Positions 22,316 to 31,983 of a stretch of 58,377 bases of DNA are shown in pieces. Origin of the DNA: an uncultured bacterium (lineage in GTDB: Bacteria > Verrucomicrobiota > Verrucomicrobiia > Verrucomicrobiales > DEV007). The stretch's first letter is position 1. Each line of letters starts with the position of its first letter. The notes under the pieces are model-generated. The model was given only the letters and a program-made list of their open reading frames with translations. It was not told the origin of the DNA and ran no database searches. Both the position numbers and the translations under genes were made by a program. The stretch covers positions 1 to 58,377 of the forward strand of contig CAXBMO010000033.1 in assembly GCA_963977015.1 (NCBI GenBank), in the 5' to 3' direction.

Positions 22316-23695
22316 TCACTTCTTCTTCCCACCAAACTTCCAATTCGGATTCGGCGTATGCGCTTCGGCGAAGATTTGTTTGGCGCGCTCAACGAACTCA
22401 GGGAACTGGCCGGAGAGATCGACTTGTTCGCTCGGGCTGGCTTCCAGGTCGTAGAGCTCGATGGGGGCGTCCGGATTTTTGCCCATGTTGTTCTGGACCG
22501 CTTTCCACTTGCCAAACCGCGCCGCTTTCCGGCCGCCTTTTTCGTAGAATTCCCAATAGAGGTAAGCATGTTTGGGCTGCGTCCCATTGCCGAGCAAGGT
22601 GGGAACCATCGAGATTCCGTCGACGGTGTCCGGTGTCCCAACACCACCCAATTCACAGAAGGTTGGGAGCATGTCCCAATGCGCGGAAATCAGATCGCTT
22701 TCTGTTCCGGCTGCAATTTTGCCGGGCCAGCGAGCCAAAAGGGGAACGCGAATGCCGCCTTCGTAGAGATCGCGCTTGTAACCTTTGAAGGGACCGTTGC
22801 TGTCCCAGAAATCCGGATCGTGCCCACCCTCCTTGTGGGGGCCATTGTCGCTGCTGAACAGGATCAGGGTGTTCTCGTCGATCCCCAGCTCGTCGAGTAG
22901 TGCGAGCAGTTGACCGATTCCGTCGTCCATTTTCGTCATCATCGCGGCAAAGTTGGCGACTGGGTTCTTCACGACCGAGCCACCATACTTCCCGGTCTTC
23001 TCGTTGAACTGCGGAAACCTCTCCCGCCAGGGCTTGGAGTAATCCTCCGGAACCTGCATTGCGGCGTGAGGAATGGTGATGGGAAGATAGATGAAGAACG
23101 GATTTTTCGCGTTCTCGCGGACGAAGCCGAGTGTTTCCTCCATCACGACATCGTGAGAGTAGACATCGCGATCGGGGAACCCGACCTTCCGGTCATTCTT
23201 CCAAAGATGGGTGGGATAAAAGTTGTGAGCCTGGCGCTGGCAGTTGTAGCCGAAGAACAGGTCGAAGTGTTCGGCGGGATCGCTTGGTGATCCGGGTGCG
23301 CCCAGTCCCCATTTCCCGAACGCGCCGGTCGTGTAGCCCGCCTTCTTGAGAAGTCGCGGAATCGTAACGATGTTTCCCGGCATCGGCGCCTGCCCTTCAG
23401 GCTGGACTTCGCGATTGCCACGGACAAAGGCGTGGCCGGTATGAAGTCCGGTCATCAAGACACAACGCGTTGGCGCACAAACGGTGCTCCCCGCGTAGTG
23501 ATCGGTAAACTTCATCCCCTCGGTGGCGAGGCGGTCGATGTTCGGCGTTTGAAACTTTTTCTGACCGTAGCAGCTGAGATCGCCATAGCCCGCGTCATCC
23601 AGCAGGATGTAAATGATGTTGGGTTTCTCAGCGGCGAAAGAAGCGCAGGCGCTGAACGCAAACAGGAGGGCAATGATTCGTAGGGGCGACGTCAT
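22316..23695 (-). CDS. Arylsulfatase (formylglycine-dependent)
   Basis: Signal peptide; PNIIYILLDD, CAPTR..LMTG, GKWGLG, SDNG, YEGGIRVP. Confidence 0.93.
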   Translation of the reverse strand: MTSPLRIIALLFAFSACASFAAEKPNIIYILLDDAGYGDLSCYGQKKFQTPNIDRLATEGMKFTDHYAGSTVCAPTRCVLMTGLHTGHAFVRGNREVQPEGQAPMPGNIVTIPRLLKKAGYTTGAFGKWGLGAPGSPSDPAEHFDLFFGYNCQRQAHNFYPTHLWKNDRKVGFPDRDVYSHDVVMEETLGFVRENAKNPFFIYLPITIPHAAMQVPEDYSKPWRERFPQFNEKTGKYGGSVVKNPVANFAAMMTKMDDGIGQLLALLDELGIDENTLILFSSDNGPHKEGGHDPDFWDSNGPFKGYKRDLYEGGIRVPLLARWPGKIAAGTESDLISAHWDMLPTFCELGGVGTPDTVDGISMVPTLLGNGTQPKHAYLYWEFYEKGGRKAARFGKWKAVQNNMGKNPDAPIELYDLEASPSEQVDLSGQFPEFVERAKQIFAEAHTPNPNWKFGGKKK

Positions 23696-23756
23696 GGTTC
23701 ATCCCTAGCGGCAAAGCCGAGCGCCAATCAACTGTTTTTCCCGATTCGAGCTCGGA

Positions 23757-24308
23757 TCAGGGGAATTTCAGGGTCCGGCCGGCGCCACGTCCACCTTCTT
23801 CAATCCATTCGTGAGTGACGTGGCTGAAAATCGTTCCGAGGTGACCTTTGTTGCTCACGTTGAACTCCACCATTTTGGCGTGGGTGGTGTCTGGGTAGTG
23901 CTTGATGACGGAGCGCGCGCTTTCCCCCGTTTTTCCCTCGATCATGTTCCCGGTTTCCTTGATGCGGTTGTTGATGATTTGGCCGGCTTTGAACGGACTG
24001 TTCTCGAGATTGGATTCCAGAAAGTAAAATCGGGCAACCACGGCACCAGTCGTGTCGATGGTGAGTTCATAAACGCGCCCGCCGCCATCGACGAGATAGT
24101 CGTGCTGGCTGATCGAGACGATTCGCGAGTAGGGCATCACAAAGCGTCCGCCCTTGTAATCAATGCTGAGATAGCCTCGCCAACCATCCGTGGTTGAGTT
24201 CTCATCATCTCCCTGGTTCCCCTGCTGGTTCTGGGCGATGGAAGTCGACGCGCCAAAGGCAAGGATAAGAAGGACGGAGAGGATGGTGGTCGGGATTTTG
24301 ATTTTCAT
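23757..24308 (-). CDS. Secreted hypothetical protein
   Basis: Signal peptide; natural protein composition; co-directional with neighbours. Confidence 0.75.
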   Translation of the reverse strand: MKIKIPTTILSVLLILAFGASTSIAQNQQGNQGDDENSTTDGWRGYLSIDYKGGRFVMPYSRIVSISQHDYLVDGGGRVYELTIDTTGAVVARFYFLESNLENSPFKAGQIINNRIKETGNMIEGKTGESARSVIKHYPDTTHAKMVEFNVSNKGHLGTIFSHVTHEWIEEGGRGAGRTLKFP

Positions 24309-24355
24309 GGAACTAACGGAGTAGACCCGAGTTTAACGAAAAAGTTTCGCATCTG

Positions 24356-24901
24356 TCAAAAGTTGTCGAGGAACGATTCATACCGTCCCGGTTGGTAACC
24401 CTGCAGATTCGGGAGATCCGGATTTTCGACCCGGGTCAGCTTCCAGGACCAGGGTTTACTTCCCTCCTTTTTCCACGTGAACACGAAAGGGGCATTGAGC
24501 CGGTTGGCTTCGTTCATGATCACGGCCGCGACCGGAGAAGGGCCGCTACCCGTCACGCTGATTTTGGTGGTGACGGTGGCTTCGTCTTCATGGATGGCGA
24601 GTTGCAATTCCCCGGGTTGAACGCCAATCACGAGAAACTGGGCGCGCAATTCGCGAAATGCGGAAATCACCTCCGGTTTTTGGAATCCCCAGCCATCGGC
24701 ATAGTTCTCGGAGACGAGGTTGGTCAATTTGCGATGCGATCCGGACTCGATCGCGACCAAAACGGCGGATTGCTTCATGCGAAGCTGCGTTTCGGGCTGC
24801 CAGCGGTGGCCGAGAAGGTAAACCGAGAACGTGATTGCCAGAAACAGGGACACTAACCAGAATACTCTGGAGCGAAGGAGGTTGGTGAGGACGTCGAGCA
24901 T
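24356..24901 (-). CDS. Membrane-anchored hypothetical protein, possible NTF2/SnoaL-like fold
   Basis: N-terminal TM; LVSENY.D.WG and W.KE...W.L..V pattern; ATG at 24901 avoids overlap with the divergent gene. Confidence 0.65.
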   Translation of the reverse strand: MLDVLTNLLRSRVFWLVSLFLAITFSVYLLGHRWQPETQLRMKQSAVLVAIESGSHRKLTNLVSENYADGWGFQKPEVISAFRELRAQFLVIGVQPGELQLAIHEDEATVTTKISVTGSGPSPVAAVIMNEANRLNAPFVFTWKKEGSKPWSWKLTRVENPDLPNLQGYQPGRYESFLDNF

Positions 24902-24962
24902 GAGAAAATTGGTGTCGCGTAATGGTTGACGAAGCTTGGACTCAGGATTGACTAGCGTCGTC

Positions 24963-25433
24963 ATGACAGACGCCTACAGGCCCAATGTAGCAGCCATTCT
25001 GCAACGCACCGACGAAAAGATCCTGGTCGCGGAGCGGGTTGACGTCCAGGATGCATGGCAGTTCCCGCAGGGCGGAGTGGATAAAGGGGAAGATTTGCTG
25101 GCGACGCTTCACCGGGAGGTGGAGGAGGAAATCGGGATTGGGCGGACCATGTATGAGGTGATGCAGTGTCGTACCGGCTATCGCTACAAGTTCCCGGACG
25201 GCCATCTCAAGAAGGGACGTTGGTGCGGTCAGGAGCAGACCTATTTCCTGTGCCGCTACCTTGGCAATGACGATCACATCACGTTGGACGCACACACTCA
25301 GGAGTTTACACGGTTTGCCTGGATTCCGCCGAGCGAGTATCGATTGCGATGGCTGCCCAAGTTCAAGCGTCGCGTCTACAAAGAGGTGTTTCGCGACTTT
25401 TTTGGGGTCAATCTCAAGTTGACCAAGGATTAA
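24963..25433 (+). CDS. NUDIX hydrolase, RppH-like
   Basis: YRPNVAA, WQFPQGGVD.GE......REV.EEIG, GQEQ.YF, FKR.VY. Confidence 0.9.
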   Translation: MTDAYRPNVAAILQRTDEKILVAERVDVQDAWQFPQGGVDKGEDLLATLHREVEEEIGIGRTMYEVMQCRTGYRYKFPDGHLKKGRWCGQEQTYFLCRYLGNDDHITLDAHTQEFTRFAWIPPSEYRLRWLPKFKRRVYKEVFRDFFGVNLKLTKD

Positions 25434-25443
25434 GCGGCCCGGA

Positions 25444-25833
25444 GTGAATGGCTTCGATCGAATAGCTGCTGCGATCCTCGGGCTGCTGCTGCTCACGTTC
25501 GGCTATTCCCTTGCCCGGCAGGACCTGCTCTGGCTTCGATGCAGCCAATTCGTGACGGCGGTTGGAGTCGATTGCGGTTCCTTCGTTTTTGTCCGGTCCA
25601 CCAGTCCTGTCAACCTGACCAGGATCGAATGGGAGGGCATGCTGGCTCCGAAATTCGAGCGCCATGTGACGGAGCCAAGTGCCTTTGGCTGGTGGTTTCG
25701 AGAGTCCAGTTGGCCGACCGCCCGGTTAAAGTGGCTTTCTATTCCAATCTGGCTCTTGATCCTTCCGACAATCGGCGCGTTGGTTTTCTCCCGGATGACG
25801 CGCCGGGCAACCCCAGTCGAGACAGCTCGTTGA
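25444..25833 (+). CDS. Hypothetical membrane protein
   Basis: Two hydrophobic segments including SIPIWLLILP; fills the gap in a co-directional run. Confidence 0.6.
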   Translation: MNGFDRIAAAILGLLLLTFGYSLARQDLLWLRCSQFVTAVGVDCGSFVFVRSTSPVNLTRIEWEGMLAPKFERHVTEPSAFGWWFRESSWPTARLKWLSIPIWLLILPTIGALVFSRMTRRATPVETAR

Positions 25834-27656
25834 TCTCATTTCTCAAGCATTTCTTCACCCAGATTTATCGGTTCCTGGTCACGGATCCGTTGGATCCACT
25901 CCCGGTGCGGCGTGATCTTGCCACCTATCGATGGCCGTTGTTCAGGGAAGATATCCGCGCGGGGTTTAATGTAGCGCTTCTCGCCATCCCACAAGGCATG
26001 GCCTATGCCGTGATCGCGGAAGTCCCGATTTATTTCGGCATCACCTGCAGCGCGATCGCCTCGTTGGTCGCCGCGTTGTTTTCCGGTTCACGACACACCA
26101 TTCTGGGGCCGACCAATGCGACCGCCTTCATGCTGTTCAGCTTTTTCGCGGCGGTTCCGGGAGGGGAGGCGTTCAAGATCGGCATCATGCCGCTTATGGT
26201 GTTTTTTGTGGGGATTTTGCTGGTGGTAGGTGCCTATTTTAAAGTGGCGGATCTGATTCAGTACATCAGTCGCAGTGTGGTGGTGGGTTACATTACGGGG
26301 GCTGCGCTGCTGATCATCGCGAACCAGATGCGTCAGGTTCTGGGAATCGAGTTTGCGGAAGGGGAGGCGAGGCCGCGGACGTTTTTCAGCATTGTTGAGT
26401 TTCTGTTGAGTCATTTGGGAAAGGTGGAGTGGGCGCCGCTGTTGCTCTCCGTTTTCACCGCGGGAATTTACTTCCTCCTTTTGCGGCGCTTGAAGGGGTG
26501 GCCGGTGTTCGCGATTACGCTGGCGCTCACGACGGCGTTGAATGCCGCCCTGAGTGGCCTGCATTTTCAGGTGGCGACCTTTGAGGCGTTTGGATTTGAC
26601 GAGTTGCGTCCGCGGATTCCCCGATTTTCGGACGCGGGGGTGCTCGAGGATCTGCATTTCCTGTTCAGCGTCTCCTTTTCGCTCGCCTTTTTGTGTGCGT
26701 TGGAAAACAGCGTGATGTCCAAAACGCTGGCAAGCCGAACCGGCGATCGACCGGATCAGAATCAGGACATGATGAGCATTGGGATCGCAAATCTCGTCAC
26801 ATCCTTCTTCAGCGTCCTTCCCTGCAGCGGATCACTGACGCGTTCACAACTCAATTTCAACAGCGGTGCGAAGACGCGTCTCGCGAGCATGTTTTCCGGG
26901 CTGATTTGCGCGATTGGGGCCGTGATTCTGGCGAATCCGCTGTTGCAGATTATCACGTTCGTTCCGAAGTGCGCCTTGGCCGCCTTGGTCATTTGCATCG
27001 CCATCTCCCTCATCAGCCCAAAGAACATCCGGATTTGTCTTGGCGCGACAAGGTCCGATGCCGCCGTGCTGTTGGTGACGTTTTCCTGCGCGTTGATTCT
27101 GCCGCTTCACACCGCCATTTTCATGGGCGTTGCGTTATCCATCATCGCGTATCTTCACAAGGCGAGTAAGCCCGAGTTGGTGGAATACAATCTCTCCGAG
27201 GAAGGCGAGGTGATGGAGGATCAACAGCGCCGGCACCATCCCAAAATTTCGTTCGTTCACGTCGAAGGCGAATTGTTCTTTGGTGCCGCAGAACTGTTTC
27301 GCAGCCAGATTCAGCGGACGTTTCAGGACCCGGATTTGCGGATCATTATTCTGCGGATGCGAAACGCGCATCGACTGGATGCGACCAGCGTGATGGCCCT
27401 GGAAGAGTTGGTTCGCTTCTTGCGAAGTGCCCAGCGTCACCTGTTGATCAGCGGCGCGACGCCGGAAGTTTGGAAGGTTCTCAACAATTCGGGAGCCATC
27501 GACACCATCGGCGAAGAGAACATTTTCCTGCACGATGCCGGGAATCCGAATTTGCCCAATCGCTACGCGTTGAAGCGTTCCCAGCAACTTCTCGGGACCA
27601 AAGAAGCGGAGGTGGAGATCTTTACGACCCAGGAATCGCCCCGCGAGGAACCCTAG
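25830..27656 (+). CDS. SulP-family anion transporter with STAS domain
   Basis: D.RAG..VALLAIPQGMAYA, GPTNA, GSLTRS, EGELFFGAA, LDATS; TTG start overlapping the upstream TGA. Confidence 0.92.
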   Translation: MISFLKHFFTQIYRFLVTDPLDPLPVRRDLATYRWPLFREDIRAGFNVALLAIPQGMAYAVIAEVPIYFGITCSAIASLVAALFSGSRHTILGPTNATAFMLFSFFAAVPGGEAFKIGIMPLMVFFVGILLVVGAYFKVADLIQYISRSVVVGYITGAALLIIANQMRQVLGIEFAEGEARPRTFFSIVEFLLSHLGKVEWAPLLLSVFTAGIYFLLLRRLKGWPVFAITLALTTALNAALSGLHFQVATFEAFGFDELRPRIPRFSDAGVLEDLHFLFSVSFSLAFLCALENSVMSKTLASRTGDRPDQNQDMMSIGIANLVTSFFSVLPCSGSLTRSQLNFNSGAKTRLASMFSGLICAIGAVILANPLLQIITFVPKCALAALVICIAISLISPKNIRICLGATRSDAAVLLVTFSCALILPLHTAIFMGVALSIIAYLHKASKPELVEYNLSEEGEVMEDQQRRHHPKISFVHVEGELFFGAAELFRSQIQRTFQDPDLRIIILRMRNAHRLDATSVMALEELVRFLRSAQRHLLISGATPEVWKVLNNSGAIDTIGEENIFLHDAGNPNLPNRYALKRSQQLLGTKEAEVEIFTTQESPREEP

Positions 27657-28864
27657 CGCCGGGGACGCAATTTGCGTTCTTCGCGATTCCGCGCGTTCGA
27701 ATCGGCAAGCTCGATGCTCGAGGTTTCCTCTTCCTCGGAGGCTTCCGCTTTTTTCGCCGCGCGTTTCTCTTTCCAACTCAGCTTGGACTCATCGTCGGCC
27801 TCTGCGGCCGGCTCCTGTTCCGGAACGATCGCGGGTGATTCTGCTTCCGCCTTTTTTGCCGCGCGTTTTGCGAAGAGGCCGGCACTGGAGGGTTCCTCAT
27901 TCTCTTCCGGCAATTCCACAGCTGCGACTTCACTTGGCGCCGGGGCAGCTTCCGGAGCGGATTCGGTCTCCGACGCCTCGACGATTTCACGGCTCGATCC
28001 TCCTGTGCTGGCAATCAACTTGGCGATCGCGTTGTAATAGGCACCACGAGCATGAACGGGACGTTTCTTGGCATCGTCATGCAGGTTGGAACCGATCAGG
28101 TCACCATCAGACGTGATGTAGAGCGTCCTGCCAACGTGGGTGTAGTTGTGAACGCCGAGTTTGCCAGGCGTATTCGTAACGGGGTCGCCATGAATCGCGA
28201 CTCTCAGGTGATTGCCCGCCACGCGGCTGAACGCGCGTTGGAAACCTTCGTCGCCGACCCGGGGACTGCCGGAGACGATGGATGAGATGGAGGCAAAGTT
28301 GCCGCTGTAGTTTTTGCTGAGATCGAACGCGCAAATCGTTGCGAGCGCCGCCCCGAGACTGTGCCCCGTCACAAAAACGCGTTTGCCGCCCGCTTCGGCC
28401 ATCGCTTCGAGAATTTTGGGCCGCAGTTTGTTGTAGTCCCGCTGAAATCCGTTGTGAACCTTGGCGTTTTCCATTCGTGGCGCGTTGCCGAGCGCCAACC
28501 CGCGGGGAATCGGGCGGGCATCCGTGGCCACATTTTGAAAATAATTCAGACCGCCGGCGAGAGTGCCTCGAAACACAATCACGACCACATCGTCCCGGGA
28601 TGCGACATAAGCTCGCGCGCCGCTGCTGGGCCCGCCGCCAAACACGCCTGGGCCGAGAAGCTGAAAGCCGGCCTTTTTCAAATTTTCACGAACCTGATTA
28701 TCAGACCCTTTGGAGACCCAGCTGCAATGTTGCTGCATTGTGGCGATGAGCTTGACTCCAGACTCATGGAAGTGGATTCCGGACATGGCTTCCGCGCTCA
28801 TCGCGGGGGCCACCCATCCGAAATTCAGCACAGCACCAGCAAGGCAAATGCGAATCGCGTTCAT
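27653..28864 (-). CDS. Secreted class 3 lipase with charged low-complexity tail
   Basis: VFRGT, VHNGF, TGHSLGAALA, GSPRVGD, DPVT..P, Y.HVG. Confidence 0.9.
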   Translation of the reverse strand: MNAIRICLAGAVLNFGWVAPAMSAEAMSGIHFHESGVKLIATMQQHCSWVSKGSDNQVRENLKKAGFQLLGPGVFGGGPSSGARAYVASRDDVVVIVFRGTLAGGLNYFQNVATDARPIPRGLALGNAPRMENAKVHNGFQRDYNKLRPKILEAMAEAGGKRVFVTGHSLGAALATICAFDLSKNYSGNFASISSIVSGSPRVGDEGFQRAFSRVAGNHLRVAIHGDPVTNTPGKLGVHNYTHVGRTLYITSDGDLIGSNLHDDAKKRPVHARGAYYNAIAKLIASTGGSSREIVEASETESAPEAAPAPSEVAAVELPEENEEPSSAGLFAKRAAKKAEAESPAIVPEQEPAAEADDESKLSWKEKRAAKKAEASEEEETSSIELADSNARNREERKLRPRR

Positions 28865-28879
28865 TGTGATTTTTTTGGG

Positions 28880-29671
28880 TTATTTGGTCTCCCAGAGAGT
28901 CCGCTCATTGAGCGGCTGGGTTGGTCGATAGTTGTTCGCGTAAAGGGCGCGAAACGCAGCCAACTGGCTTTGGGAGAGTTGCATCGGTTTCCTGAGAATA
29001 TACCACTGCACGCCTTCCGTGCACGGTGGAGTGGTGAGCGAACCCTGATAATAGTAGTAGGCACGATCTTCCGGCAACGCTTCGGCCGGATTGAGGGAAA
29101 ACCCGGAGGTCGCGATCGAGCCCTGCGCAGACGCGGGCAGCTGCCCAAAAAACTGAGCCAGAAACGGATTTTCCGCCCCGATCTCGAACAGGACGCCGAC
29201 CACCAGCAACTGTCCGTCCGCCGCTTTATGGACGAGATGCATTTCGAGATCGAATCGACGCCCCTCAACCGTATGTTCGCTCCCGCTGTGGAAGTGGAAC
29301 TGAGCCAGATTGTAGGTCTTGCCCATGATTTCGACCGAACTTCCCGGGGTGAAGTTCTGCTGAATGGTGTGGCCGTTGTTGACCAAATTCAGAGGAGCCG
29401 ACTGGTAGGCGAAATTGAGCGGGTAAAGTACGGATGAGGAACGCGCCCCGGTCAGATCGATGGGGGATTGCTCCCTGCCTTCTTTCGCCAGGCTCCAGGC
29501 CGGAGTGAGGTCGCCCCAGTTTTTCGGGCCGTTCTTTCCCCCATAGCTCCACGATGGACCCATGTGTTCCGGAACGACCAGCTCGATCTCCTGGTCGCGG
29601 AACTCCGGCATGGTTACGCAGCCGGCTAGGGCCACAAAAAATACCAGAACGCAGATTTTCAGCTTCCTCAT
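28880..29671 (-). CDS. Alpha-class carbonic anhydrase, lipoprotein
   Basis: LAGC lipobox; WSY...GP..W, QSPIDL, NNGHT, QFHFH..SEH, EMHLVH, GSLTTPPC.EGV.W. Confidence 0.95.
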   Translation of the reverse strand: MRKLKICVLVFFVALAGCVTMPEFRDQEIELVVPEHMGPSWSYGGKNGPKNWGDLTPAWSLAKEGREQSPIDLTGARSSSVLYPLNFAYQSAPLNLVNNGHTIQQNFTPGSSVEIMGKTYNLAQFHFHSGSEHTVEGRRFDLEMHLVHKAADGQLLVVGVLFEIGAENPFLAQFFGQLPASAQGSIATSGFSLNPAEALPEDRAYYYYQGSLTTPPCTEGVQWYILRKPMQLSQSQLAAFRALYANNYRPTQPLNERTLWETK

Positions 29672-29702
29672 GGTTGTCTCGGCGGGGACCATAGCATGCA
29701 CC

Positions 29703-30629
29703 TCAGCGCAATGTCACGGCGTTTGCCCACACTTTTGAGCGGTAGGTTTCCGGAACCTTGCCGGGCTTCGGTTTCCAGTACCAAACCCGCTTTCCCTTCT
29801 GCCCGTTGGGGAAGGCATAAACCGCGATTTCCAGCCTGCGATCGGCCTCCTCTTCCAGTTCAAGTTTGGTGATCTGAAGGGAAATTTCGCGTCCTTCGCT
29901 CCACAATCCGCCCACAATCACGTCCGTCGCAAGGTTGTTGCGAACCGTCGCTTGATGAAGATCGCCGAGTTGGACGTTCACTTCATACCCGACCGCTGCG
30001 ATCCAGAGTTCGCCAATGTAATCCGGTGAACGGGCTGCCCGGGGAACGGGAGGGGCAATGCCCGTTGGCTGAAACGCCTCGTCTTCGAGGAAGCTGAGAT
30101 CGTGGAGCTCCGCTTTCCGGGCGATGTCCGGGTTTTCCGCCAGATTGAAGAATCGGGTGTTGTCGAACTTCCACCCGTCCTCTTCACGAACGAATCGAAG
30201 CAGAAGAATGTTGTTGGGAATTTCGTGTTCCGGCGCGATCCCGAAATCGACCTTGCCGTAGTAAATCAGGTGCGTGGTGTCGCCTTTGGTCAGTGTTTCG
30301 AGGTGTCCGAGCGTTCCGATTTCCGGTTGGCTGATGGGCAGGTTGAACATTGCATCCGGCCAGCGCTCCTTTTGCGAGATCACGAGGTTGTGGGTGTGAA
30401 CGCGGCGGGATTTGGCGGTGTATTGCTTCCAGGCCGGGTAATTTTTCGCGGCCATTGCCGAGATGGAACCTCGATAGATTTTCTCCAGTTGCTCGCGAAG
30501 TTGTTGTGCCCTGGCTGGCTGCGGAATTGTCAAAACAATGAATGTCACCAGGCAAACCCCCAAACTCAGACCTCCGGAAAAATCTCTCCATCGAGGTAAG
30601 GTTGTTTTTTTGTCAAACTTGAATATCAT
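29703..30629 (-). CDS. Secreted hypothetical protein
   Basis: 308-aa ORF with signal-like segment ending ARA; adjacent to the carbonic anhydrase gene. Confidence 0.72.
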   Translation of the reverse strand: MIFKFDKKTTLPRWRDFSGGLSLGVCLVTFIVLTIPQPARAQQLREQLEKIYRGSISAMAAKNYPAWKQYTAKSRRVHTHNLVISQKERWPDAMFNLPISQPEIGTLGHLETLTKGDTTHLIYYGKVDFGIAPEHEIPNNILLLRFVREEDGWKFDNTRFFNLAENPDIARKAELHDLSFLEDEAFQPTGIAPPVPRAARSPDYIGELWIAAVGYEVNVQLGDLHQATVRNNLATDVIVGGLWSEGREISLQITKLELEEEADRRLEIAVYAFPNGQKGKRVWYWKPKPGKVPETYRSKVWANAVTLR

Positions 30630-30712
30630 GTGTGGATCTCGATCGCGTAGATTCTACCTTTGGAACCCGCCCATTCGAAGTTTATTCGTCGCGGATTTCC
30701 ACCCTGAACGTT

Positions 30713-31564
30713 ATGACCGACACCTTTGCAGCCGAAACCTGGGTTGATCGCAGCAAGCAACTCCTGAACCAAGCTCAGGAACATGTTTATAAAGAAACAG
30801 ACGATGGGCTTGCGCTCAAGGCGTACGTTTTCTCGCCTCCGGGAGAACCCGACCAGTTGCGCCCGGTCGTCATGTTCTTTTCCAGTGGATCGTGGGACAA
30901 CATCCTGATTTCCCAGTTTGGCCCGCAGTGCATGCATTTTGTGGGGCGCGGCGCCATTACGATTCTCGTCGAATACCGCACCAGTTCAACCCATGGCACC
31001 AGCCCGATGGAAGCCGTCTCCGATGCGCGCTCCGCGATTCGCTGGGTGCGTTACAACGCGGAAATTCTTCAAATCGACCCCACTCGCATCGTTGTGGGCG
31101 GAGGAAGCGCGGGGGGACATCTGGCCCTGGCTGCTGCGATGATTCCCGGCGTCGCCGATGATCCCAACGATCCCAACATCACCTGCGTTCCCAACGGGCT
31201 CATTCTGTATTGTCCCATCGTGGATACTTCGAAGAAGGGCTGCGGATTCGAGCGTTTTCGCAATGCGGACGACGCCAATCGCGCCAACCCGAGCAAGTAC
31301 ATCGGCAAACACATGCCGCCGATGATCATTTTTCACGGCACCGCCGACAAATTCATGTCCGTGGATATCGTCGCGAAATTTGCGAAACAGGTTCAACGGA
31401 AATCGAACGTTTGCGAAATGGTGATGTTCGATGGTCGCGACAACACGTTTTACAATTTCAACGTCGATCCCGACGCTTACGATGCCACGCTGATGGAGGC
31501 GGACCGTTTCCTCGTCGATCAGGGCTTTTTGCCGGCGCCGGAGGATGATGGCGTCGTCGGCTGA
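30713..31564 (+). CDS. Alpha/beta hydrolase (esterase)
   Basis: DARSAIRWVR, IDP.RI, GGSAGGHLA nucleophile elbow, FHGTAD. Confidence 0.88.
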   Translation: MTDTFAAETWVDRSKQLLNQAQEHVYKETDDGLALKAYVFSPPGEPDQLRPVVMFFSSGSWDNILISQFGPQCMHFVGRGAITILVEYRTSSTHGTSPMEAVSDARSAIRWVRYNAEILQIDPTRIVVGGGSAGGHLALAAAMIPGVADDPNDPNITCVPNGLILYCPIVDTSKKGCGFERFRNADDANRANPSKYIGKHMPPMIIFHGTADKFMSVDIVAKFAKQVQRKSNVCEMVMFDGRDNTFYNFNVDPDAYDATLMEADRFLVDQGFLPAPEDDGVVG

Positions 31565-31566
31565 AT

Positions 31567-31974
31567 TTACGAGCCGCTCGAAATCCGCGAAAGCGCTTTT
31601 TGCAGCTCGGGAGCGGTGAATCGCAACTCCGGTTTGGAGCCCTGTTGCAGATAGCCCTGTCCGTCCTCGCTCACAACGAGGTAGGCGCTTCCAGTCTTGA
31701 GGCGAATCGCGAGTTCAAACTTCGGGGCAATTTTTCCGCCCTTCAGTTTTCGCGATGCTGTCGCCAACTCGTTCATCACCTCTTGAATTTCGGAGCGCTT
31801 CAGCCGTTTGGGGCGGATTTCCAGGTCCGGGCGCGTCAATGAAGCCGATTGGATCGACTCGGGCGCGATTCCGCGGGACTCGAGCGCATCTTCCAAGGGT
31901 GCCGCAAACGCGGAATTTCCCCCCAATCCAAAAACCAAGAGCAACAAAAGCTTCTTCATCATCGTTGGATCCAT
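31567..31974 (-). CDS. Small secreted hypothetical protein
   Basis: MKKLLLLL...AFA signal peptide. Confidence 0.65.
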   Translation of the reverse strand: MDPTMMKKLLLLLVFGLGGNSAFAAPLEDALESRGIAPESIQSASLTRPDLEIRPKRLKRSEIQEVMNELATASRKLKGGKIAPKFELAIRLKTGSAYLVVSEDGQGYLQQGSKPELRFTAPELQKALSRISSGS

Positions 31975-31983
31975 GCCGGAGAA

